A DNA stretch of 63,628 nucleotides, filler included, from Octopus bimaculoides (Eukaryota), in assembly GCF_001194135.2 (NCBI RefSeq). It is 6 parts of 6 records of this genome, joined end to end, with 100 filler letters (N's around TTAATTAATTAA, not from the genome) between each part and the next. Parts side by side here need not be neighbours in the genome. Positions count along the whole stretch, not along the records: positions 1 to 21,482 come from NC_069000.1; positions 21,583 to 32,852 come from NC_069001.1; 4 more parts are not named here. One strand, 5' to 3'. Under the pieces are notes generated by a model that was not told the origin of the DNA, searched no databases, and saw nothing but the letters and a program-made list of their open reading frames with translations. Made by a program: the position numbers and the translations under genes. Each line of letters begins with the position of its first letter. Position 1 is the stretch's first letter. This document shows positions 12,401-25,022 of this stretch, piece after piece.

Positions 12401-15086
12401 AAAAATTGTCAAATATTTTGTATATTGTAGAAGTATAACCAATTTATTGCAGATAAGTTTTAACAGTAAAATTTTACACAGCCCCTGCCCAAGGGTCATG
12501 TGGACTGAGACAATCCCAGTTGTCTTGATATAAAACATTGTTTATTGTCATCCAATCTGTGGACATGATTCGATCATGTGATGTTTTTTCGTGTCCACAA
12601 TCTTTGATTATTTAACCTTATGTCGGTTCATCTGGAAGAAAACACATTACAGATTCTACCATGTGATGTAGATATACATCGACCCATTGTTGTGGATTGA
12701 CTCTTCTTTTCACCTTAGCACACTTACTGTGGTACACACAATTCCTTTCTGCATTGTGGGAAAATTGAAGTGACCCCTAATTCACCACTTCGCTCTTCAA
12801 TTTCAAATTGTTGCAGTATTTAGTTCATTCGTTTTATAAAGTTATATTCTGAGTATAATATTACTCGTCTTCCTTTATAACATGGACCCCAGTTGAAAAC
12901 CACTTCTTTAATCTTTCAGAATATGGATTAAAACCACCTTCCTTTTCCTAATACCTTTCCTCCCACACACACACATGCTTAGTCATGGTGGGGCTTTTCT
13001 CTTTCCTATTTTTTACCGTCTTGCAACTTTGCTCAGTCACCTCGCTAGTGCCGGTGACTCCACCAAAAAAAGTACCCAGCACTCGGTGTAAGACGGTTGG
13101 CACTAGCAGGGGCATCCAACCCATAGAAAATATGCTAAAGCTGACATAGTGCAACCCTGCTGCTTGTCGGAACTTATCTGATGATGACGGTGGCAGCAGA
13201 GGTGGCAAGGACACAGCAATTAATCAGATTATCAATCAATACAGCATCCATCCACGTTACCATCCTCGTTACCAAGAATCACTGCACCAGCCCTGATGAT
13301 ACATTTGCTCGTGTTTATGACTACACTCTTTTGTTTTTGTTTTTTGTTTTTTGTTTTTTTACTTCCACATGTACTAGAATTTTACACTTATATTTGCAGC
13401 AAAATATTGACAAAAACCTCCTGGGAAACATCTTCAGTACAAGTGTCCTTTGTAATTCAATTGTTGCCATCCTCATGGGCCTGGTTTCACAACTTGCTGT
13501 AGATACATTTGGTTATACGTAAGTGGAAATTGCTGATTACTTGAAATGGATACATCATCATCATCATCATCACCATCATTTAACATTTATTTTTCAAGTT
13601 GGCATTGGTTGGATGGTTTGACAAGAACTAGCAAGGCCAGGAGCCCTACCCGACTCTATGGTGTGATTCGGCTCAATTTCTAATGCTGAATGCCCTTCCA
13701 GGTATTTTTATTTAAGGAAAGTACTTATGTCCCACACAAGTTTAGCCTAATGGTATTCCAAATTGTAAGAACCTTAGAATTTTCACTCTGAGAAACTCTA
13801 AAACCCTTAGAATCACAAAAATCAAGGTAAACATGTTGGCAGAAATGGTATAGCATCAGGCCTCCCAGCATTTCTGTTTTATCTCTTCACATCTTGATTT
13901 AAATATCACTGCACGCATTGACATAAATTTTGCTTTCTACTGTTCAAGGATTAGTGAAACTTGTACAAGTTTTAAACTGCGTCAATTCATCCTCAACTAA
14001 AAATTGGTCTTATGCCTGAAGCAAAAGAAAGGATTATTCCCAAAATAAGGGGTGTGGGAGATAGATTTCCTTCTTTCTTTTCATTGACAAACATTTCATC
14101 AACAAGGAAATTTCAGTGCCAGATTGGTTTATTACAGAAAATAGGTGGCCTAGTGGTTAGAGCAGTGTTTTTTTTTTTTACCCTACTTTACCCTTGTGTA
14201 ACCCTTAAAATAAATTACATTCTCAAGGAACCCTAGCATAAAAAAAATTATATACCATATCTTTCTCATATTTTTTCATTGCCGTTCACATGGTAAATAT
14301 CATATATNNNNNNNNNNNNNNNNNNNNNNNNNNNNNNNNNNNNNNNNNNNNNNNNNNNNNNNNNNNNNNNNNNNNNNNNNNNNNNNNNNNNNNNNNNNNN
14401 NNNNNNNNNNNNNNNNNNNNNNNNNNNNNNNNNNNNNNNNNNNNNNNNNNNNNNNNNNNNNNNNNNNNNNNNNNNNNNNNNNNNNNNNNNNNNNNNNNNN
14501 NNNNNNNNNNNNNNNNNNNNNNNNNNNNNNNNNNNNNNNNNNNNNNNNNNNNNNNNNNNNNNNNNNNNNNNNNNNNNNNNNNNNNNNNNNNNNNNNNNNN
14601 NNNNNNNNNNNNNNNNNNNNNNNNNNNNNNNNNNNNNNNNNNNNNNNNNNNNNNNNNNNNNNNNNNNNNNNNNNNNNNNNNNNNNNNNNNNNNNNNNNNN
14701 NNNNNNNNNNNNNNNNNNNNNNNNNNNNNNNNNNNNNNNNNNNNNNNNNNNNNNNNNNNNNNNNNNNNNNNNNNNNNNNNNNNNNNNNNNNNNNNNNNNN
14801 NNNNNNNNNNNNNNNNNNNNNNNNNNNNNNNNNNNNNNNNNNNNNNNNNNNNNNNNNNNNNNNNNNNNNNNNNNNNNNNNNNNNNNNNNNNNNNNNNNNN
14901 NNNNNNNNNNNNNNNNNNNNNNNNNNNNNNNNNNNNNNNNNNNNNNNNNNNNNNNNNNNNNNNNNNNNNNNNNNNNNNNNNNNNNNNNNNNNNNNNNNNN
15001 NNNNNNNNNNNNNNNNNNNNNNNNNNNNNNNNNNNNNNNNNNNNNNNNNNNNNNNNNNNNNNNNNNNNNNNNNNNNNNNNNNNNNN

Positions 15087-15124
<38 letters not shown>

Positions 15125-16664
15125 TGAGGGAAATAAGTATTTGATACCCTGCTGATTTTCAAAGTTTACCTATTTATATTAATGCTAATATATTAAAATT
15201 ATAACAGTACACTTTTATACACCTTTCAGTTAATATTAGCAGTTACACACGAATTTGACAAATGCTATGAAAAATAAGTATTTGATACATTTTTGACAAG
15301 AGTGCAATTTGATCAAATATAGAAATATTTACTCAAAGTAAATATACAATATCAATATATTTGAAGAAATCTAACTTAACAAATCTAATTATAGACTGTA
15401 TTTGAAATAATTTTGTTTCTTTCAGATTATTTAACAAATTAAATCAATTACATTCATCATCACTATGGGTAACACCAAAGAGTTGTCCAAAGATCATAGA
15501 GATCAGATCATTAAGCTGCACAAGACTGGATTTGGCTATCAGAAGATAAGTCAACAACTGGGAGAGAAGTTAACAACTGTAGGTGCTGTTGTATGTAAAT
15601 GGAAAACATATAAGATCATTGTGAACCATCCTTGATCTGGAGCCCCTGTAAAATATCTCCTCGTGCAACATTACGTTTATTAGGAACCATCCAGAACAAC
15701 CCTGGAACTTCTCGAGAAGAGCTTAGGAATGGCCGCCTAGCTGCAGGAATAATTGGAAACAAAAAACAATTGGAAACACATTTAAAATCATGCAGTGCTC
15801 TAAGGAAAACCCACATTAAGGGTCGATTAAAATTTGCTAATGATCAAATGATCATCTAAATGACTCTGAAGAAGATTGGAAGAATGTACCTTGGTCTGAT
15901 GAGACAAAAATCGAGCTTTTTGGAATAAATAGTACTCGTAGGGTCTGGAGAAAAAAAATGAGGCTTACAATCCAAATAACACCATCCCTACATGAAGCAG
16001 TATAATGTTATGGGGCTATTTCTCTCCCAATGGAACAGGGCGACAGCACCGTATCACTGGGAAAATGGATGAGTCATTGTATCCGCAGATTTTAGATGAA
16101 AACCTTCTAGCTTCATCCAGATTACTAAAGATGAAATGAGGTTGGATATTTCAACAGGACAATGACCCAAAGCATACAGCTAAGACTACCAAAAAATGGT
16201 TCAGAAAGAAGCACATCATTGTTATGGAGTGGCCTAGTCAGTCTCCAGACCTCAACCCAATAGAGAACTGAAACTTAGATTATCCAAGCGACAGCCCAGA
16301 ACTCTTAATAAGTTGGAAAACCTTTGCTTGGAAGAGTGGGAAAAGATACCTTTTGAGCTATGTTTGAACCTGGTGGTCAACTCTAAGAAACGCCTTACTG
16401 CTGTGATAGCTAATAATGGTTACTCGGCTAAATATTAAATGATTTTTCATTAAGTATCAAATACTTTTTCCTCTTGATAAATCACAATTTATTTATCTAA
16501 ACTATTAATTAATTACTATATTATTTGTTATATATGTAAAATGTGTTTAATTTTTGTGATAAATATATGTAAGCCATTTTATTCCTTACCCTTATCCAAA
16601 TTAGTAAACTTGGAAATTTAGGAGGGTATCAAATACTTATTTCCCTCACTGTATATGTATGTGT

Positions 16665-16724
<60 letters not shown>

Positions 16725-17348
16725 TTTATCTTTTACTTGTTTCAGTCAGTAGACTGTGGCCATGCTGGGGCATTGCCCGTTATTGTTGCTGCTGATACTG
16801 CTATTGTTTTCTTGTTGTTATTACTGTTCCTGCTGTTGTTGTTGCTACTTCTGCTTTAGTTGTTGTTGTTGTTGTTGTTGTTGTGGTAGTGGTGGTGATG
16901 GTGGCAACAGCAACAATGACTTCAGTTGTTATAGTAATCCGTATTATATTACTACAGTCAAAGAGCAGTATTCTACAATTCAGTGCTTTCTTCTTCAGGG
17001 CTCCATTTAAGATAGCAGCTTGTTCGTTCTTTTTGATGATTATTTACCTAACATGGAACTGGGAAGAAAATTATGGCAGCCAAGAGACGTCTGTCTGTTT
17101 GTCACTGCGAAATTCCTTTCAATTAATCAAGAGTGGTAGGTATTAAACTTTCTTCTTGAATCTCCTTCAAAGTTCAAATTTGTGTTCCACTGGAAAGAAT
17201 GCTCTCTGCATTCCAGGTTCAGTCCCACTGCATGGCACTGTGGGCAAGTGTCTTCTACTATAGCCTCGGGCCAACCAAAGCCTTGTGAGTAGATTTGGTA
17301 GACAAAAACTGAAAGAAGCCCATCATACATACACACACACACACACAC

Positions 17349-17381
<33 letters not shown>

Positions 17382-20300
17382 NNNNNNNNNNNNNNNNNNN
17401 NNNNNNNNNNNNNNNNNNNNNNNNNNNNNNNNNNNNNNNNNNNNNNNNNNNNNNNNNNNNNNNNNNNNNNNNNNNNNNNNNNNNNNNNNNNNNNNNNNNN
17501 NNNNNNNNNNNNNNNNNNNNNNNNNNNNNNNNNNNNNNNNNNNNNNNNNNNNNNNNNNNNNNNNNNNNNNNNNNNNNNNNNNNNNNNNNNNNNNNNNNNN
17601 NNNNNNNNNNNNNNNNNNNNNNNNNNNNNNNNNNNNNNNNNNNNNNNNNNNNNNNNNNNNNNNNNNNNNNNNNNNNNNNNNNNNNNNNNNNNNNNNNNNN
17701 NNNNNNNNNNNNNNNNNNNNNNNNNNNNNNNNNNNNNNNNNNNNNNNNNNNNNNNNNNNNNNNNNNNNNNNNNNNNNNNNNNNNNNNNNNNNNNNNNNNN
17801 NNNNNNNNNNNNNNNNNNNNNNNNNNNNNNNNNNNNNNNNNNNNNNNNNNNNNNNNNNNNNNNNNNNNNNNNNNNNNNNNNNNNNNNNNNNNNNNNNNNN
17901 NNNNNNTTGCTGCTTCCAACTCGTGAGCAACCAACATAGAGTTGGTCGTGGGTGAAGTATGTAGTAGAGAGATGCAGTCCGTCTATATTGAGGAATTGAC
18001 TCTGAGGTTTGTTAATTGAAATACCAAAACTTAATTTGACTGGAAACTGAAGCCGCTTAAATTCAAATGGAACATCTGTAGGTATGAGAGGAAATTTTTA
18101 TATAAAAACATTTTCCTCTTTGTGACTACCTGTAATGATTGTTGCCTGTAGGACATGGGGCTTCATAGAAGTAACAATCAAGCCAGTTCCATTACACAGG
18201 TAAGGTGGGTCAAGATTCCTAAGTAACATAACGGAAGCACCCAGCTTTAGTGTCAAGTTATGCAGTGGAATTCCAGTGGGTTTAAGTATGTTCAGAAATT
18301 CAACAAGGTATTGAATAGCCTGATCTTGATTGACTGTTGTGTGAATTGACGGGAAAGTCATTTCTGATGTATCTGTTAACTTTTGAAGAAGTTCATTAGT
18401 TGGAGCCAGTATAGCTCTTTCACATACCCAGTTTACATCAGTGTAATTGACAATCACACATACACTCACACACACATGCACTCTCATATACACTGACACA
18501 CACATACATATACTAAGACAGACACACACAAACATTCATTTATGTAATAAACATGCGAACACACACACAGACACATACTCCTGTACAAAATGTGTCATTG
18601 TTGTTGTTGTTGTTGCGGTATAAAATGTCCTATACTATCTCATATATAACGAACATGCAAACACACACACACACTGTCAGACACACACTCATATACAAAA
18701 TGTGTCATTGCCGTTGTATAAAATGTCCTTTACTATGTTATCTGTAACAAACACGCAAACACACTCAGACGCATACACACTCACAAACGCATACACACTC
18801 ATATACAAGATGTGACGTCATGGTCATGGTTGTCGTCGTATAAAATATCCTTTACTACAGGTGACTATAGAAAGATTATCTGTAGGTAATGTTATATTGT
18901 TTTAATCAAATTGAAAATGAAAATTACATGCTGACACTCACTTCTTATCCACACAGCCATGCCTGTGCTTTTAACAAGTTTTGCACATCACACAGTTGAT
19001 GAGCTCTGAAAGCAAGGTCATCACCATAGTCTCAAGATCAGACAGAGACAGGTTCTGCTGACATCTTGATCATTTTTGTTTCATGATAACAGTTTAGGCT
19101 TCAATGGGACGAAGATATTGCCTGAAGATGTTGTTGTTGTTGCCATCATTATCATCATCCTCATTTAACGGCGTCCACTTTTACATACTTTCATGCATTA
19201 GACAGAATTTATCAAGGCAGATTTTCTCTGACTGGTTGCCCTTCTTGCTTGCAACCCTCACCTTTTTATGCCAACCCTTGCCTTTTTTTGCCAACCCTCA
19301 CCCGTTTTTGCCAACCCTCACCACTTACAACTATGACATGATGTGAAGACAGGGGTACTCACACACACACACACACACACAAACATACAAGCTACTTGGT
19401 AACCCCACCAATCTTGATGCTACATAAAACGCACTCAGTCCACTCTGTGAGATGGTTGGTGTTAGGAAGGGCATCCAGCCTTAAAAAACCCTGTCAAAAC
19501 CATCTTCTTTTTTTCCTTCTTTTTCTTGTCCATCTTTTACTCCTTTATTCTCCTCCTCCTCCCCTCCTACTCTCCATCTTTCTCTACTGCTTCCTCCTCC
19601 CCCCATTCTTCTTCTTCCACCCCTCCCCCTCTCGCACCACCAACCCTTCTCTTCTCCTTCATCGCCTTCTTTCATCCCTTCCTTCTCACTCTCCCTCCCA
19701 CCCTTTATCCTCCTAATTGTATTCACATCCAGGATACATTCTCAAAGAAAGAACAAAGCCAATAACAAAACAAACAAAAAGAAACATCAACAACAATGAC
19801 TATTTTAATTGACTGGGAGGCCCCAGGAGGCAGAGAGGTTGCAGCCCCCACTTCACCCCCATCTGTAGGCAAGGCAATTCCCATGGGATTCATATTCCTT
19901 GATGCTCTACCAATTCTACTGCCTTTGTATTGAACCCTGATTCATTTCTTTTCAGATTATAAAGTGCTGTGTTTAGGAATGATACAGTCCCTATTTGAAG
20001 GTTCTATGTATGTGTTTGTCTTGGAGTGGACCCCATCACTTAACTATGCCAGTGGTTTCCTAGGATTTGACCTAATTTTACCCTATGGTCTGATATTTTC
20101 AATTTTCATGGTAAGGTTTTCTATTCGCAATGCTATATATTTTCTGTGATGATTCCTCTCTATTTCTTTCATTCTCTTTCTTTCTCTCTCTCTTTCTTTC
20201 TCTCTCTCTGTCTCTACTTCTCTCTCTCCTCTCTATCTCTCTCCCTCTCCCCTCCCTCCCTCCTTCTGGGTACCCTGTGGGATAGAAAACAAGACACATC

Positions 20301-20789
20301 AAAGTCAGCGTCCATCCTATTCCTATGTATAAATCATTCAGATATATAGTCATGGACAGGCTATTCAATTTGCTTCTGATTTGGTTCAGGTATGTGATAT
20401 TGATAAGCCGCAGAAATGGCAAAACATCGATATCCATTGCTCCTGAATAGGACTTGGGGTGTGTTGTCTTGCCTGTCTATGACTTTTGAGTGTTTTAACA
20501 CCAGGTACTTTGAGAGAGTCAACATGTCAAATCACAGCCAACCAGCAAACAAGCAAAGAACATACATTGTGTATTTCTGTTTGATAATATATATACACAC
20601 TCACACTCTCTCTCTCTCTTACACACACACACATATATTATATACCTCCTGATTCATTTACAAAATAACTTACCTCCTGCCAACATGGAAAACTTCTTAT
20701 GATAGCATGAAATTGTAATATTATCATCAATTTCTTTGTCATGATTAGCAAAAGCGAAACCTGTTGACTATGTAAATATTTTATCTCAT

Positions 20790-20860
<71 letters not shown>

Positions 20861-21110
20861 TACCAAATAACAGTTGACAGTAAAATAATTGGTAAAAGAT
20901 CTGAACGAAAGGCAATAAGATGGTACTCTCAAACTCTTTATTGTCATTGATGTCCACTAAATGGTAATATTGTCACAGTTGTACATTGAATTGCATTTTG
21001 TAACTCTTTACTGTTTATCTTTTCTTTTTCTATTTTCAGTTGTGTGTAATGACTGGTTCTTACATTTTCAAGATACTCTCGCAAAAATTGTCAGTTGAGT
21101 CATTCATGAG
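6263..21110 (+). CDS. MFSD5: MFSD5-like MFS transporter (molybdate-anion transporter family), partial 7-exon model: join(6263-6407,8571-8631,11663-11770,13400-13518,16999-17135,19956-20110,21040-21110)
   Basis: All introns are GT-AG with matching phases (in 1; 2,0,0,2,1,0; out 2). The 796 nt splice into one stop-free frame containing [61 protein letters not shown] and [10 protein letters not shown], which match remembered MFSD5 motifs (DWLQ.P, LFSAFE.W, W.ENY, Q.LFE...F...WTP). About 50 aa at the N-terminus and the last TM helices are missing. Confidence 0.93.
8038..8528 (+). repeat. 48-bp direct repeat (8038-8085 and 8481-8528, 1 mismatch) flanking a ~395-bp insert
   Basis: catatacaataaatcctttatgacaaattggc(t/c)taatagtagttaatt occurs twice; part of the insert (about 8376-8466) recurs at about 9143-9230. 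Confidence 0.8.
8571..8631 (+). CDS. MFSD5: MFSD5-like exon ([20 protein letters not shown]), not in the ORF track
   Basis: Acceptor atttttccag, donor gtaagt; completes MFS motif A (D-K-L-G-R-R); phase 2 to 0. Confidence 0.93.
10125..10545 (+). mobile_element. Two CpG-decayed SINE family C copies in an MFSD5 intron
   Basis: ccttttggggtcaataaa here versus cctttcggggtcgataaa in the copies at 34.6 and 46.9 kb. Confidence 0.8.
10654..10800 (-). mobile_element. R4/Dong-like (restriction-like endonuclease) retrotransposon 3' end
   Basis: [31 protein letters not shown] matches the LQK..LL.TA.ILR.VL terminus. Confidence 0.8.
10805..10985 (-). mobile_element. Penelope-like element GIY-YIG C-terminal fragment
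   Basis: [32 protein letters not shown]...INKKYDL matches the PLE pattern I.W.I.....PY......C.LC..EK..I. Confidence 0.7.
11663..11770 (+). CDS. MFSD5: MFSD5-like exon ([36 protein letters not shown])
   Basis: Acceptor atttccag, donor gtaagt; 108 nt, phase 0 to 0. Confidence 0.95.
13400..13518 (+). CDS. MFSD5: MFSD5-like exon ([39 protein letters not shown])
   Basis: Acceptor tatttgcag, donor gtaagt; phase 0 to 2. Confidence 0.92.
15122..16651 (+). mobile_element. Full-length Tc1-family (DD34E) DNA transposon, IR/DR type, with an inactivated transposase at 15465-16438
   Basis: Perfect 29-bp TIRs cagtgagggaaataagtatttgataccct (15122-15150 and 16623-16651), TA on both sides. Inner copies of the TIR core near 15270-15288 and 16454-16469. 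Translation gives [20 protein letters not shown]..., [34 protein letters not shown], with stops and frameshifts. Confidence 0.96.
16999..17135 (+). CDS. MFSD5: MFSD5-like exon ([45 protein letters not shown])
   Basis: Acceptor ttcttcttcag, donor gtaggt; phase 2 to 1; APF and W.ENY motifs. Confidence 0.93.
17908..18445 (-). mobile_element. Helitron PIF1-helicase fragment
   Basis: [42 protein letters not shown], then after a frameshift [16 protein letters not shown]...[11 protein letters not shown]; truncated by the gap. Confidence 0.92.
19956..20110 (+). CDS. MFSD5: MFSD5-like exon ([26 protein letters not shown]...[10 protein letters not shown])
   Basis: Acceptor tttcttttcag, donor gtaagg; phase 1 to 0. 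Confidence 0.95.
21040..21110 (+). CDS. MFSD5: MFSD5-like exon ([23 protein letters not shown]), not in the ORF track
   Basis: Long polypyrimidine tract plus cag, donor gtgagt; phase 0 to 2. Confidence 0.88.
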
Positions 21111-21526
21111 GTGAGTTGGCATTGCCATGGTTATCTTCAATATTTATCTATAAGCATCTAGAGTTAATGAATCTCTGTCAGTTTCAGCAATGAGCATTTC
21201 AATTGTTCAATCAACTGAAGGACCTCTTTGCTTGGTTATAGCCTCTGAGCATTCCAATTGTTTGATCAACTGAACTACCTCCTTCCTTGATTATAGTTTA
21301 AGTGGTTTAGTATTCTATTCAGCCATCCTTTCTTTCTGGCAAATATTCTTGGGATGGCTCCAGAGGTACTTAGTTGGGGAACTTACTAGCATTGGTGGCA
21401 TGAAAAAACACTTAGTGCATTCTGGAAAGTGGTTGTTGTTGTTGTTGTTGTTGTTAGGAAGGGTATTCAGCCATAGAAACCANNNNNNNNNNNNNNNNNN
21501 NNNNNNNNNNNNNNNNNNNNNNNNNN

Positions 21527-21538
21527 TTAATTAATTAA
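21527..21538. other. Assembly spacer TTAATTAATTAA inside N gaps (also about 32897, 46855, 55731, 60503); not biological
   Basis: Identical palindromic 12-mer with stops in all six frames, always centred in ~100-nt N runs. Confidence 0.95.
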
Positions 21539-21679
21539 NNNNNNNNNNNNNNNNNNNNNNNNNNNNNNNNNNNNNNNNNNNNAGAGTGAAAGAAGGACAG
21601 AAAGAAATATGTCGGTTAATTTATGCTGTGATCAACAATGCAACTCGCTGTATTTATCCAAACCTTTCACCTTACTCTG

Positions 21680-21685
<6 letters not shown>

Positions 21686-21717
<32 letters not shown>

Positions 21718-21745
21718 AACACGCTCACACACGCACGCATTCTCT

Positions 21746-21786
<41 letters not shown>

Positions 21787-22166
21787 GTCTTTTCTTTCTT
21801 TCTCTCTGTCTTCATTTGTCTCTCTCTCTTTCTGTCGCGATATCTTTCTCTCTTTCTTCCTTTCTTCTCTCCCTCTGTTTTTTTTCCTCTCTGTCTGTTT
21901 CACTCTTTCTATCTCTCTCTATCTATCACTCTTTCTTTCTCTCTCTCCCTCTCTCTCTCTTTCACACATTTTCTTTCTCTCTCTCCCTCCCTCTCTGTCT
22001 TTCGATATTTCTCTCTGTTAGTCTCTGTGTCTCTGTCACTCGCTCTCCCTCGCTTTCACACTCTCTCCCCGTCTCTCTCGTTTACTCTCTTTCTTATTTA
22101 CTCTCTCCTTCCTCCTCCAACTCTCCCTCTTTCTCTCTCTCTCTCTCTCTCCCTCTCTCTCTCCCA
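21686..22166. repeat. (CT)n-rich cryptic microsatellite; representative of the many (TA)n, (CA)n, (TAGA)n, (CATA)n and (AAT)n tracts that generate most ORF-track entries
   Basis: Directly visible dinucleotide periodicity; translations are SLSL, YIYI, HTHT and CVCV. Confidence 0.97.
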
Positions 22167-23723
22167 CTCAATTTCTTGCTATCATCTTTGAATTATTTGC
22201 CAGGGATATCCCATTCCGCCGTCATCATCAACATCACCGCTGCCTCACGCCAAGCACTACAACCAGCCCTCCTCCTTAACCCTCACCCCCACTTCAATNN
22301 NNNNNNNNNNNNNNNNNNNNNNNNNNNNNNNNNNNNNNNNNNNNNNNNNNNNNNNNNNNNNNNNNNNNNNNNNNNNNNNNNNNNNNNNNNNNNNNNNNNN
22401 NNNNNNNNNNNNNNNNNNNNNNNNNNNNNNNNNNNNNNNNNNNNNNNNNNNNNNNNNNNNNNNNNNNNNNNNNNNNNNNNNNNNNNNNNNNNNNNNNNNN
22501 NNNNNNNNNNNNNNNNNNNNNNNNNNNNNNNNNNNNNNNNNNNNNNNNNNNNNNNNNNNNNNNNNNNNNNNNNNNNNNNNNNNNNNNNNNNNNNNNNNNN
22601 NNNNNNNNNNNNNNNNNNNNNNNNNNNNNNNNNNNNNNNNNNNNNNNNNNNNNNNNNNNNNNNNNNNNNNNNNNNNNNNNNNNNNNNNNNNNNNNNNNNN
22701 NNNNNNNNNNNNNNNNNNNNNNNNNNNNNNNNNNNNNNNNNNNNNNNNNNNNNNNNNNNNNNNNNNNNNNNNNNNNNNNNNNNNNNNNNNNNNNNNNNNN
22801 NNNNNNNNNNNNNNNNNNNNNNNNNNNNNNNNNNNNNNNNNNNNNNNNNNNNNNNNNNNNNNNNNNNNNNNNNNNNNNNNNNNNNNNNNNNNNNNNNNNN
22901 NNNNNNNNNNNNNNNNNNNNNNNNNNNNNNNNNNNNNNNNNNNNNNNNNNNNNNNNNNNNNNNNNNNNNNNNNNNNNNNNNNNNNNNNNNNNNNNNNNNN
23001 NNNNNNNNNNNNNNNNNNNNNNNNNNNNNNNNNNNNNNNNNNNNNNNNNNNNNNNNNNNNNNNNNNNNTACTAAAGCTATTCCTACTACCACCATAACCT
23101 ACATTATCCGGAACAGCACCAGCATCACCCGTAACACAACACTCGTCTCCGCCTCCGCCACCGTCATCCACCCGACCCGCTCAGCTGTCATACCTGACTG
23201 CTTCCTTTCTCATTTTGATCTGTTGCTGAAGATTGCAGGGTGGATGGGGGTATGTGACGCGTGTGAGTGTGTGCATGCATGTGTGTGTATGTGTATATAA
23301 CGGGCGTGTTTAATGCGAATGTATGCATTCTGGGGTGGTTTGACGTGTTTGTGTTTGAGAACGTGTATGTATATGCTATAGAAAGGGTGTGTGTGTGTGT
23401 ATAGCGCGATGTACGGAAGGCTTTGTGGCGTGTCGTTGCATGGGACTGATGTATGAGAGCTAAAGGGTGGAGGGAAGCTTGTTTATGCGTGTAGGTGGAT
23501 ATGAATGCATGTGCGCGTGTGTATGCATGTATCTGCGTTTGTGCGCGTGTGTTTTCGTGAGTGGATGGATATGTGTATGCGCAGGAGTTTCCTAGTGTAT
23601 ATGTATGTGTGTATGAATGAGTGATGTATGTATATATGAATGTACATATACAGGCATGTGCGTGTGCGTGTATATTTGTGTGTAGATGGATTTGTATGTA
23701 AGCAGCTGTATGCTTGTGTATAC

Positions 23724-23811
<88 letters not shown>

Positions 23812-23918
23812 AATGCGTATGTGTGTAGGTGTGTAGATGGATATGCAGGTGTATGTGTGTGTGAATGTTCCAAATTGCACAAATGCATTTCTACGGAATA
23901 TAGTTGTTGTTGTTGTTT

Positions 23919-24017
23919 TTACATTTGCAGTAGTTGTGTTGTCCTATGTCGGTTCCAACAGAACAGACTTACGATCAATGACAGTCCAGCTGTGACCACA
24001 CCATCTATTTTCCTTAT
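23919..24017 (-). pseudogene. Possible cyclase-domain remnant (IRKIDGVVTAGLSLIVSLFC...)
   Basis: Resembles RIGIHTGPVCAGVVG...YC. The upstream part abuts a hAT-like cagtggttctcaac end at about 24024. Confidence 0.35.
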
Positions 24018-24574
24018 CTAACGCAGTGGTTCTCAACTACCAGTTACCAATGGACCACTTTTGGTTCCTATTTTACTCGGGTGGACTCTCGTAAAAGGAG
24101 ACAAGTAATACAAAGATTGACCCTTCATCAGTTGTCGGCCGTCTATCTTACTCCCCCCTTTCGAGCAATCAACGACAATATGAGTCTTCGAAGTCACTTT
24201 CTCCCATAAATTTTATTTTAGCAGATAGATAGATTAGATATATATATATATATACACACGCACACATACGTACACACGCGCATACACATACACATGTACA
24301 TCACAAAAGGATAGACCGTCAAACAACTGATAACAGGTAAGGTTATGGCATTTATATATTCCTACAACACCCAGGGCGAAACGAATGCAGAAAGGAGGAT
24401 AAATCACAAGAGATCAGTGGAAGTTCCTCTGTGGGATGTTCCTAATGGTTGCGATTATACGCTTGGACACCAACTGTGTCTATTTATGATCTTACATCAT
24501 CATATCATATCATATCATATATAAATATATAGAAATATATATATATAAATATATATATATATTATTTTCTTTTT

Positions 24575-24975
24575 CTTTTACTTGTCGCAGTCATTAGGTT
24601 GCAGTCATACTGGAGCACTGCTCTAAAGTGTTTTTTAGTCGAAGAAATCTACCCTAGGACTTATTGGTTGTAAGCCTAGTACTTATCCTATCGGTTTCTT
24701 CTGGCGAACCGCTAAGTTACGGGGATGTAAACACACCAACATCGGTTGTCAAGCGATGGTGGGAGAACAAACACAGACATAAAGACGCGCACATATAAAC
24801 ATAAATATGTGCAGATACAACAGGCTTCTTTCGGTTTTCGTCTTTCGAATCCACTCACAAAGCTTTGGTTAGCTCGAAGCTATAGTAGACGACACCTGAC
24901 CAACGGATGCCACGCAGTGGGACTGAACCTGGAACCATGTGGTTCGAAAGCAAACTTCGTACAACACAGTCACGC
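24575..24975 (-). mobile_element. tRNA-derived SINE (family B)
   Basis: Same two-part structure as 51415-51895. Confidence 0.8.
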
Positions 24976-24978
24976 ATA

Positions 24979-25022
<44 letters not shown>

